Part shown: one piece after another, positions 47,885 to 56,319 of the stretch
Position numbering within the stretch: position 1 is the first letter of the stretch
Layout: every line of letters starts with the position of its first letter
IMG/VR virus record: IMGVR_UViG_3300010297_000002
Coordinates: 1-64,000 of that record
DNA: 64,000 nucleotides
Strand: one strand, 5' to 3'
Origin: a virus
Made by a program: the position numbers and the translations under genes
Notes under the pieces: generated by a model
Database searches by the model: none
Told to the model about the DNA's origin: nothing
Seen by the model: only the letters and a program-made list of their open reading frames with translations

Positions 47885-47971
47885 GGAAGCGTGGCAGAGT
47901 GCTCTATTGCGTCTGATTTGAGATCAGATGATCCTTACCGGGGTCCGTGGGTCGGAATCCCACCGCTTCCT
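47885..47971 (+). tRNA. tRNA-Ser(TGA), partly non-canonical
   Basis: GGAAGCG/CGCTTCC acceptor stem, TCTGA-ttTGAga-TCAGA, long variable arm. T-loop TCGGAAT. D-loop lacks GG. Confidence 0.82.
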
Positions 47972-48034
47972 CTTTTATTTCTTTGATAATACGGCTTTTG
48001 GTAGAGAATCCTTCACTTCAACTCCAGGCAGGCA

Positions 48035-48547
48035 ATGAAAAATATCAAGATCAAGGTCAAAGGCTCCAAATTTGAGATGGACCAATCTCTCTATGACTAT
48101 ATCAATGAGATCGAGATCAAGGAAATTAAGACATTAGAAGAGGAACTTGCAGTCGAGAAGTTCCGATCCTTGAGAGACCTTTATCAAGAGTATATCCGAC
48201 CTGTTCAGCACGCTAAGAAAGCTTTTTCTATTTCGACTCCAGAAGTTCAGCTCGAAGTGGTTTTACAAGCCGACCCTCCTTCTCACAGAAACCTCATTGG
48301 GTTTCGTCGTGATGGTAAGGTAATTAAGGGTCAATTTTCGATCCCGGTTATTGTTGAAGGGGCTCAGGAGCGGGAAGTAGTGCCGTTCGTGAACTGGTAC
48401 ATTAACAGTTTTAGTTGTTTAATAAGATACCTACTTTGTAAGCAAGCTGGGGTGCGGGTTATCCAGCCTTTAGAAGACCGAAAAAACTGGAATCTTGAGG
48501 CAGGCAAGTTAAACCTGGACTTAGATTTCGTTGTTGTTTTTGAGTAG
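48035..48547 (+). CDS. Hypothetical protein
   Basis: 170-aa ORF. Confidence 0.5.
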   Translation: MKNIKIKVKGSKFEMDQSLYDYINEIEIKEIKTLEEELAVEKFRSLRDLYQEYIRPVQHAKKAFSISTPEVQLEVVLQADPPSHRNLIGFRRDGKVIKGQFSIPVIVEGAQEREVVPFVNWYINSFSCLIRYLLCKQAGVRVIQPLEDRKNWNLEAGKLNLDLDFVVVFE

Positions 48548-48552
48548 GTCAA

Positions 48553-51500
48553 ATGGCTAAGTTTAAAACCGTAAAGAGTAGATTAGATTTTCTAGATCAA
48601 TCCTTAATAGACTTGGATACCGCTCTTTCATTCGCCCCAGGCGGAGTGATCGATGCCCAAGTAGCGAATGGTCTGCAGAGAGTAGATTACCGTCGATTCA
48701 CTCGACTTCAGGATTTCCAACATTTGGTAACTGTAGGTCTTGGGAACACCGATGCCCTTCTCTCGGATGTGACCATGGCCTCGAGGATTGCAATAGCTCC
48801 TGCGGAAAATGGCCAGATCTCAGAGAGCTCTCAGTTCTCTTCTGTGACAGTCACTCAACCTCCTACTGGAGGAAGTCCTCAGCAGAAAACAATGGAATAT
48901 GATTTCTCTGCGTTCTCTTCTTTCTTCCCCGGATACACTTACACAGTAGTTCTAGAGTTGATCCCTCTTTCAGGACCGACTCCGGTTTCTTACGTTGCTC
49001 AACCTTCTGACACCACCCTGGTCGATATCCTTACGGGGCTAATTACAGAGCTCACAGTCAATGGTTACACTGGAAGATATGCTTTCTCAGTAGTCGGAGC
49101 CGGAGATACTCTACAAGTTGTTGGAAACACTCCAGGAGATGATTATCCTGTTGCATATGGTTTAGTTAACACTCCAGCTCCTAATACAATCTCTCCTACA
49201 GTTACCGTTCCAGCGATTACTGTGGGTAATACGGCTAAAATAATTGAATACAGTTTCGCGGCGATCTCTCTTCAGACTGGAGACTACTACACTCTCAGTT
49301 TAGAGAGTCCGGATATTCATGGACTTCAAGAGTTCACTTACAGAGTGAAGGACACAGATACAACCAAAGAGATCGTTTTAAACCACGTTAAGGATTCCGT
49401 ACCTGCCGAGCTTGAGGAAAGATACATAATCACGGTAGTTGCTCCGGATATTCTTAGAATCGAGAGTGTGGAAGTCGGAGATGATTTCCCTACCCGTGAT
49501 TTTGAAGTCATGACCGTAACAGAGACTCCAGCCGACTTCAATTCTATCGACTTCTGGTGGTTCAATCCTGTTTCCAAGGAATGGGAAATTTCCCCAGATC
49601 CTGAAGTAAACAATAATGACATTTTTGAATTCACTCGTAATGTTCGCACTTTCGATGAGTTGAAGAAAAACGATGGTGGGTTCTATTTCAAGTTTTGGAT
49701 CAACACAGACAATTTACCAGGGGCACCCGGACCGGCCACTCACCAGATTAACTTCTTTGATTTTGCTTACGGAGTGGACAATCGCCCGGTGTTCTACTTT
49801 ACCGAGATGTTGGATTCCCTGAACAGACCTCTTCCTACTGTCGAACCTATGGAGATTAACAACTACGTAGTAGTTTCTTCAGGATCTAAGGATGGAAACA
49901 ATGTTCTTTACCGTTTGATTATAGACCATGAAGAGTCAGGTAAGGATTGGAGACAGTCTCGAGTTTTCTGGAGAATCAATGGGGTAGCGGAGGAGTTTCA
50001 AGAAGTACCTGCTTACACCCCTAGAATGGATAAGCAGTGTACCGAAGCGGATTGGGTTCATAGTGTTCGAGCTTATCGCCTTCCACCAGAGATTTTCGAA
50101 GTAGTGGATACTCAGATTCACCTGGAGGCGAAGTTAGTCGATCAGGACGGGTTAGAGACCTTTGCTGATCAGATCTTGATTCTACCTAACCATCGTGTTC
50201 CTCAGATTGAGGAAGTCTTGGTTTCCGGCGTAGATACGTTTGACATACCCATCTCTGACTATATTGAGACCGGTGGTAATATTCGGATCACCAAAGCTTC
50301 TCCCACAGATTATCCCCAGGTAATTCTCGGAGAGACCCTTTCTGTAGAACAAGGTCCCCTTACCGAACTTCGTCAAGTTAAGGAAGTCACAGATACCTAT
50401 ATCGATATTTTCGGGGGTGTTCCTCCGTTTAATTCCGGTAATCCGCTTACTCTGAGGAAGACCGATGAGTTCGGATGGTATCCAGCAGAGGCTACTACCA
50501 TTTCGTCAGGTTTCTTTGATTTCACAGACCTTAATCGAGGTCTCCTTGGCGATTCTTCCGTTTTAAACCTAATCGAAGTTAATGATGTTGTGAGGCTGGC
50601 TCAGCTTAATGCTGGCGGCACAGCCTGGACTACTGTTGATATCGAAGTTTGTAGAGTCGGCCACAGCACCGGACCTACTTCTTCAATTGAGTTTACTCAA
50701 GGACCATATAGTTTAAACGGCCAGGGGTTCTCTACCAATGATAGTCTTTCCGATTATTTCAACATGGCGAACCCTCTTACTCTGCTGAGGATGGAAAAGA
50801 ATGAGCATTTTGAAGGAACATCTACTGTCGTTGAACATCACTATACAGATACTATTAGACCGTTCAGGTATGTCAATGATATTGAACTATTCGACGGAGC
50901 AAGTATTTCTCGGGCTTATATTACTTCTCACGATGAATCAACGGTTTTGATCGAGTTCACAACCTTAACTCTTCCTACCTTGGTGGAGGACATTAAAGCG
51001 TGGTCTTACGATCTATCAACTTTGGATCTAAACGATAAAGTTAGTGAGGTAGACTCGATCTATGAGAGATTCGTTCTGTTCATTGAGGATAGTACTGCTT
51101 TCGCTAATACCCAGAACTGCTCCAAGAGAATCTCATTGCCTCCTTACGAGGTAACTCTGGACATCAAGGAAGAGACCACTTTGAACCCTCTCGGGATCGC
51201 TAGAGTGTTCAACCCAAAGGCTCCCCAGCCTACAAATGCTATTCTTGATCCAGATTATACTCAGTTTAACGGGTTTGATTCTCCTTATCTGAACGTGATG
51301 AATTCTGATTTCACAGCTTTTCAGGCTGGGTCTTCTTTCAACAGCGGTAAGTTCGAGAACTACCCACAGTTGAAGTACGGGTTGCAAAACCAAGAGAACT
51401 CTTTTCAGTACATCGTCGGATTTACCAAGATGAAGCTGGACCAGGGACAAAACTATATTACGGTTTGGACAGACGATCACTTTCCAAAGATTGTGCCGAT

Positions 51501-53343
51501 CACTGTCGATACCGACGGTCAGGTAATTAGTATTGAGCTTACCGCAAAGACGGCTCCTATTCTGGCTGAGATCGCTGCTATCCAGGCCACAGTGGGTAAC
51601 ATCGACACCAACGTTGAGTCTATCCTAACCGAAGTTACTGCGATCAATACAGAACTGGTTACGGTAAATACTAATCTGGGATTGATTAATTCCGAGTTAG
51701 TTAATGTCAATACTCAGTTGGGGACGATCATTACTCAGGTTGGGGATATTCAAACTGATGTGGGCGTTATTCAAGGGGACGTTAGTACTATCCTAAGTGA
51801 GGTTAATCAGATCCTGACAGAAACTCAGGGACTCTATCCTTACATTGATGGTAAGACTACAGACATTATCAATGAAGTCCAGGCTACAGATTGCACTGCT
51901 GGAATAGCTGCGGTAGAAGTTAAGGTAGACCTTCTGAATGGTAAAGTAAATTCACTGCAGTCTGATACCGCGAACATAATCGGAATAACCACAGACACTC
52001 GAGATTTAGCTCAGGATGCTACTTTTGGTTTTGAAGCGACTAAGAATCTCCTGGATCAGGTGAACACCACTACAGTAGCCTCTAGAGCAGTTTTAGATAA
52101 TGCAAGTTACGGTAATGCCTCACTATCTACCAAGTTGGGAGCGATTAAGATTGTAGTCGATGATACTCTCGACCAGTCCCAGACTAATAACGCCGGAATC
52201 GGCCAAGTTTTGACCGACACTACGAACATCACCTCCGACATTAATGGAGTGAGTGCTCAAATTGTGTCTATGCAGGCGGATGTGGACGCTATTCAAACGA
52301 ATGTCCTTCAGTTGGCTGCTCAGAACAACACGATCGAGTCTGTTGTTCAGGACAACAATAACATCGGAACGAACACTAACAACGCTGTTGTTAGTATGCA
52401 ACTTGATGTTACTTCGATTAAGACGGACACTTCCAATATTCTGGCGGATGTTGCTGTTCTTGATTCTAAAGTCTCTACTACCCAGTCCGCAGTCAATTTG
52501 ATCAAAGCGGATACAGGAAGTCTTCTTACCGATACTGCAAATATTCGAACAGACACTACTCAATTACTTACAGATCTGTCTGCGGTGGATACCACCACAA
52601 CCTCGACTAATAGTGGTGTAGGAACTTTATTAGGTAATGAACCTACTAAGATAACCCTGATATCTCAGATTGATACGAATGTGATGACTTCTCTTGCAGA
52701 TACGGCTCAACTTAAGACAGACACAGCACAGATTTTGAGTACACAGTCTTCTACGGGTCCTCAGATTGATGGAATCGAGGCTGGGGTAAATCAACTTAAT
52801 GTGAACCTGACCTCTGTAACGAGTACTGTCAATGATACAAACCTTAAGGTTAAGGACGCTAGTACCGGCCTTCAGGCCACCAAAGCGGTCATTGATCAGA
52901 TCTTAGCTGACCTCACCACCCACCACACCACTGTGGATGGGAAACTGGATAATATTCAGACCTCGATCGACAATCTTCCTTTGAATACAGAGATTGTTCA
53001 GATCCTGGATATTGTTTCCAGCCCGACTTACGGTAATGAGGCGATCCAGTTGGCTGTCGGAGCACTACTTTCCCAGGTCGATTTCCAAGCAGAGATCGAC
53101 CAGTTAAAGGGAGCAGGTTTTGCTTCTGGTCCAGATTCATTGGCGGCTCAGTCAGCTAATCTTCAGACCTTGGTTTCAGGGTTGTACACTGTGGCGGACA
53201 TCTGGAATGCTCCGGACAGAACTTTGACAGAGGCCGTCGACTTGATCATCTCTCTTAGAGATCAATTGGATCGAATTGAGAATAATCAAGCAGATACACT
53301 AACTTACGATAAATTACATAACCCACCTGTGAAGGGTAGTTAA
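48553..53343 (+). CDS. Large virion fibre-like protein with beta-rich N-terminal domains and a long C-terminal coiled coil
   Basis: 1596 aa, Thr/Asn/Val-rich. Roughly the last third is heptad-like (VNTNLGLINSELVNVNTQLGTI...). C-terminal ADIW motif. Confidence 0.55.
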   Translation: MAKFKTVKSRLDFLDQSLIDLDTALSFAPGGVIDAQVANGLQRVDYRRFTRLQDFQHLVTVGLGNTDALLSDVTMASRIAIAPAENGQISESSQFSSVTVTQPPTGGSPQQKTMEYDFSAFSSFFPGYTYTVVLELIPLSGPTPVSYVAQPSDTTLVDILTGLITELTVNGYTGRYAFSVVGAGDTLQVVGNTPGDDYPVAYGLVNTPAPNTISPTVTVPAITVGNTAKIIEYSFAAISLQTGDYYTLSLESPDIHGLQEFTYRVKDTDTTKEIVLNHVKDSVPAELEERYIITVVAPDILRIESVEVGDDFPTRDFEVMTVTETPADFNSIDFWWFNPVSKEWEISPDPEVNNNDIFEFTRNVRTFDELKKNDGGFYFKFWINTDNLPGAPGPATHQINFFDFAYGVDNRPVFYFTEMLDSLNRPLPTVEPMEINNYVVVSSGSKDGNNVLYRLIIDHEESGKDWRQSRVFWRINGVAEEFQEVPAYTPRMDKQCTEADWVHSVRAYRLPPEIFEVVDTQIHLEAKLVDQDGLETFADQILILPNHRVPQIEEVLVSGVDTFDIPISDYIETGGNIRITKASPTDYPQVILGETLSVEQGPLTELRQVKEVTDTYIDIFGGVPPFNSGNPLTLRKTDEFGWYPAEATTISSGFFDFTDLNRGLLGDSSVLNLIEVNDVVRLAQLNAGGTAWTTVDIEVCRVGHSTGPTSSIEFTQGPYSLNGQGFSTNDSLSDYFNMANPLTLLRMEKNEHFEGTSTVVEHHYTDTIRPFRYVNDIELFDGASISRAYITSHDESTVLIEFTTLTLPTLVEDIKAWSYDLSTLDLNDKVSEVDSIYERFVLFIEDSTAFANTQNCSKRISLPPYEVTLDIKEETTLNPLGIARVFNPKAPQPTNAILDPDYTQFNGFDSPYLNVMNSDFTAFQAGSSFNSGKFENYPQLKYGLQNQENSFQYIVGFTKMKLDQGQNYITVWTDDHFPKIVPITVDTDGQVISIELTAKTAPILAEIAAIQATVGNIDTNVESILTEVTAINTELVTVNTNLGLINSELVNVNTQLGTIITQVGDIQTDVGVIQGDVSTILSEVNQILTETQGLYPYIDGKTTDIINEVQATDCTAGIAAVEVKVDLLNGKVNSLQSDTANIIGITTDTRDLAQDATFGFEATKNLLDQVNTTTVASRAVLDNASYGNASLSTKLGAIKIVVDDTLDQSQTNNAGIGQVLTDTTNITSDINGVSAQIVSMQADVDAIQTNVLQLAAQNNTIESVVQDNNNIGTNTNNAVVSMQLDVTSIKTDTSNILADVAVLDSKVSTTQSAVNLIKADTGSLLTDTANIRTDTTQLLTDLSAVDTTTTSTNSGVGTLLGNEPTKITLISQIDTNVMTSLADTAQLKTDTAQILSTQSSTGPQIDGIEAGVNQLNVNLTSVTSTVNDTNLKVKDASTGLQATKAVIDQILADLTTHHTTVDGKLDNIQTSIDNLPLNTEIVQILDIVSSPTYGNEAIQLAVGALLSQVDFQAEIDQLKGAGFASGPDSLAAQSANLQTLVSGLYTVADIWNAPDRTLTEAVDLIISLRDQLDRIENNQADTLTYDKLHNPPVKGS

Positions 53344-53355
53344 TAGGAGCGGAAA

Positions 53356-53814
53356 ATGGCATTGACATTTCCTTTATACAAAGATGATATTGAGCCTACT
53401 GTAAAGGCTATTCAACAAGAGCAGAGCTCCGGATCTTTTTTCGTAGCGGTATCTGCAGAACAAACAGTAACTGGATCTTCTTCACTGGATTTCAGTATGG
53501 CCGCTGCTGAGGGTGTAGAGACTCATCAGTTTAAGATGGGCCATATTGTAGTTACTTCTGAGGATGGGACTGGTGGTCTTCCAGGATGTTCTAAGTTTGA
53601 TCTTAAGATTTTCGAAAGAGCTGCGAGACTTCCTGGTGATTTAATTTATCAGCAGTCTAACTTGGATGCTTCTGAAATGAATCGTCTGGTTTTGAACGCA
53701 GATACTATTTTTGCCAACCGAGATGCTTCTCCCTCTGGAACAGTTTACGTGACGATCTCCAATAAAGATCTAACTGACAAGAAGTTCGTCATTGAGCTTC
53801 GCTGCTTTAAGTAA
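53356..53814 (+). CDS. Putative small virion structural protein
   Basis: AGGAG RBS. Beta-rich, follows the fibre gene. Confidence 0.4.
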   Translation: MALTFPLYKDDIEPTVKAIQQEQSSGSFFVAVSAEQTVTGSSSLDFSMAAAEGVETHQFKMGHIVVTSEDGTGGLPGCSKFDLKIFERAARLPGDLIYQQSNLDASEMNRLVLNADTIFANRDASPSGTVYVTISNKDLTDKKFVIELRCFK

Positions 53815-53826
53815 TAGGAGCTCTTT

Positions 53827-54132
53827 ATGGAACAACAGAACACTGTGAAGCCTCAGTCTAGGACTGAGAAAAGATGGTTTGAGAGCAAAAAGCTTATTGC
53901 TTTCCTGATCAGCCTTTACACTTATTACCTTTTGATTCCTTCCGGGAATCCAGATTGGAAGGTAATGGCTGTTAATGCGTGCTTTATCTTCTCGATGTAT
54001 GTAGCCTTAGCTTTCTTCAAAACTTATAAAGACGTTCAGCTTTTTCTAAAGCAGGTCGATGAGTTAATTGAGCCTAACACAGCAGGTAACAATGCTAAAG
54101 AAGCTAGCGAAGAAGGTTCTGATAAGAATTAA
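53827..54132 (+). CDS. Putative holin (2 transmembrane segments)
   Basis: KRWFESKK followed by two hydrophobic helices and a charged C-terminal tail. Confidence 0.5.
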   Translation: MEQQNTVKPQSRTEKRWFESKKLIAFLISLYTYYLLIPSGNPDWKVMAVNACFIFSMYVALAFFKTYKDVQLFLKQVDELIEPNTAGNNAKEASEEGSDKN

Positions 54133-54146
54133 ATAATCTTGGACTT

Positions 54147-54190
54147 AAGGCCCACACTTTGGTTAAATAGAGTGTGGGCCTTTTTCTTTT
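54147..54190 (+). terminator. Intrinsic terminator
   Basis: AAGGCCCACACT...AGTGTGGGCCTT stem followed by a T-rich tract. Confidence 0.8.
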
Positions 54191-54201
54191 AGGGGATCAA
54201 A

Positions 54202-54606
54202 ATGGATCAAATTTTACAATATGTAATCGGTGCATTGGTACTGTTATTCGGGGTTGTACTCGGTAAAGGTAAGTTCGATGCCGCTATGTTTAAGCGTGGA
54301 TTTAATAAGCTAATGAAGAAGGGCCGCGAAGAGTTAGAGACTGCCGCTGACGATGCTAATGCTGCTAATCAAGAAACAGCCGAGGCTATCAATAAGGCTA
54401 AGCAAGTTGTTGAACAGACAACCCAGACCGATAACCAACTCACGGAATCAGCACAAGAGGAAGTCGAAGATCTGGACCATGAGTCCGAGCTTCAAAAGCA
54501 GAAAGTAGAGACGGTTGAAAAACTGCCCGAGAGTGATATTCAGCAACAGATCGAAGATGATCTCGTGGCAGAACTTCAGAGACAAGAGCGTGAGAACAAC
54601 TCCTAA
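54202..54606 (+). CDS. Putative inner-membrane spanin-like protein (N-terminal TM + coiled coil)
   Basis: ILQYVIGALVLLFGVVLG followed by an acidic coiled coil. Adjacent to the holin-like gene. Confidence 0.4.
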   Translation: MDQILQYVIGALVLLFGVVLGKGKFDAAMFKRGFNKLMKKGREELETAADDANAANQETAEAINKAKQVVEQTTQTDNQLTESAQEEVEDLDHESELQKQKVETVEKLPESDIQQQIEDDLVAELQRQERENNS

Positions 54607-54616
54607 GGAGAACCTC

Positions 54617-55105
54617 GTGAAACTTCTACTTTTTTTAATTTTTTCTTTTTCTTCATTTTCCCAGGAATCAGCCCCTGGGATTTTTCTCACTACGGGTGAT
54701 ATCTTGGTGGACTATGGATGGGAACAGCTAAAGCCTAAATCCCAGGTCTGGAAGAGGGGAACCACAGCTCCTCCGTCTACGGTCTTTTACTATACGATTC
54801 GTGAGAAGCAGGTTCTTGAAGATAAGATTAAGAGAATGAGAGCCGAGATCAAGAATCTACGAGCCCGTGTGGTGAACTATGCTCGATCGGAACAATCTTT
54901 CAGATCCGTGGTTTCAGACATCGAAGCTAAACATCTGGCCGAGACCAATAAATTAAATAACTACGTTGAGAAGTGTGACATGCTGTTAAACTCTGCTTCA
55001 AACTACGTGAACTCGAAGAAGCAGGGTAACTCCGGAGGGGGATTTCTCAAAGGTGTCGGAAGCACGATCACCCAAGGATTAATTTTCAAAGGATTGTGTA
55101 AGTAG
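54617..55105 (+). CDS. Secreted coiled-coil protein, possible second spanin component
   Basis: Start reassigned to GTG 54617 after AAGGAG. MKLLLFLIFSFSSFS-Q signal peptide, coiled coil, Gly-rich amphipathic C-terminus. Confidence 0.4.
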   Translation: MKLLLFLIFSFSSFSQESAPGIFLTTGDILVDYGWEQLKPKSQVWKRGTTAPPSTVFYYTIREKQVLEDKIKRMRAEIKNLRARVVNYARSEQSFRSVVSDIEAKHLAETNKLNNYVEKCDMLLNSASNYVNSKKQGNSGGGFLKGVGSTITQGLIFKGLCK

Positions 55106-55106
55106 C

Positions 55107-55436
55107 ATGGATGATAAAGATCTAGAAGTCCCCGAGGGAATTAACCTCTTGGACAGGAATTTTAAGATTTCTAAAGAGGCTCAAGAATTAGCTGGAGATT
55201 GTCTCGAAAAGTTAAAGCATGGCATATTTTTCTGTTCTATACTTAAAAAAGATACCACTTATGTGAAATGTTTCTCTTGCCCCGAGAGCTCCAAATGTCA
55301 TATCTTTGATGATATGAATAAAAAGGCGGAGCTTTACGAGTTCCACTTGGAGATCGATATGATGGAAGAATCTCCTAAAGAGAAGAAACAGGTTAAAAAA
55401 CAGAAAAAGAAAAAAGGAAATGCTAAGAAGGCTTGA
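55107..55436 (+). CDS. Small Cys-containing protein with basic tail
   Basis: C-x11-CxxC-x5-C motif and Lys-rich C-terminus. Confidence 0.45.
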   Translation: MDDKDLEVPEGINLLDRNFKISKEAQELAGDCLEKLKHGIFFCSILKKDTTYVKCFSCPESSKCHIFDDMNKKAELYEFHLEIDMMEESPKEKKQVKKQKKKKGNAKKA

Positions 55437-56319
55437 GTCGAATCCAAATGTAGTAACGTTACTACAACGTAAAGAACTTTACCCAGCTTACCTCTTCCGC
55501 TTTAATTCAGACGATGACTCTGAGGCGGAAGTTTTTTCTTTGACTGAGAAGATAGTTGGTCCTTTCTCAGAAGAACGACCAAATCCAAATTTACTTTTAC
55601 TCAACGAGGATAAGTACGATAGTGAGTCTCTGGATGATCTTCCCAACTTCTTAGATTTCGCGAGTCACGATGGCCGTCCCAAGATCGTTTTGATCAACAA
55701 CCTGGATAGAATGTCTCTTCTCCAGCAGAACAGCTTTTTGAAGGTCCTGGAAGACGCTTATTACAATGTTAGCTTCTTTCTAACCACTAAAGACTCCACC
55801 CAGGTTTTGGATACAATTAAATCTAGAAGTGTTCTGGTTGATTGTCCGAAGATGTCTGAAGACCATTTCTCTGACATTGCTCAAGCCCACCAGATACCTC
55901 AGGATAAGATTGCTATCTATTATCGGATTTTTAACGGTGATCTTAGCTTTCGTAAGTTTGACAATATCGAGATGGTGCGATTCGCTCTGTACAAGATCTT
56001 TTATAATACCAATAGTCCTGATATTCTTTACAATCTGTCGGTACTCATACCGGAGACCCCGTACACTCTCCAGGATCTAGTCAAGCAGTATTCAATTGTC
56101 CCCCTGGTCCGTATGCTTCGTTCGTTTTATCTGGATCGCATTCTGGTTTTGTTAGGATCAGAAGTTCGGTATAATACCGATTACGCTGAGTACATTAAGA
56201 ACATGACGCTCACTTTCGATAAGGCCAGTCGAGCCCAGACGAGACTCTCTCGAGTGGAGGGCCGTGGAAGTTCCAATTTTAATTATCTGTGGTTGAAGGG
56301 AGTTTTACTTGTCCGTTAA
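55420..56319 (+). CDS. DNA polymerase III delta-prime (HolB)-like clamp-loader subunit
   Basis: KIVLINNLDRMS..QQNSFLKVLED...FFLTT...VLDTIKSR matches the delta'/gamma AAA+ core. No Walker A. Confidence 0.75.
   Translation: MLRRLESNPNVVTLLQRKELYPAYLFRFNSDDDSEAEVFSLTEKIVGPFSEERPNPNLLLLNEDKYDSESLDDLPNFLDFASHDGRPKIVLINNLDRMSLLQQNSFLKVLEDAYYNVSFFLTTKDSTQVLDTIKSRSVLVDCPKMSEDHFSDIAQAHQIPQDKIAIYYRIFNGDLSFRKFDNIEMVRFALYKIFYNTNSPDILYNLSVLIPETPYTLQDLVKQYSIVPLVRMLRSFYLDRILVLLGSEVRYNTDYAEYIKNMTLTFDKASRAQTRLSRVEGRGSSNFNYLWLKGVLLVR

Noticed and set aside
47615-47971. Selenocysteine or suppressor tRNA (GGAAGA start; TGA in the anticodon loop)
   Set aside because: Anticodons GGA and TGA read Ser codons UCC/UCU and UCA. 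Sec would need anticodon TCA and an extended acceptor stem, but these have 7-bp stems.
55380-55436. A-rich slippery tract where the 109-aa gene overlaps the holB-like gene (possible frameshift fusion)
   Set aside because: Explained by a Lys-rich tail. The downstream gene has its own AAGGA+ATG and no stimulatory structure is evident.
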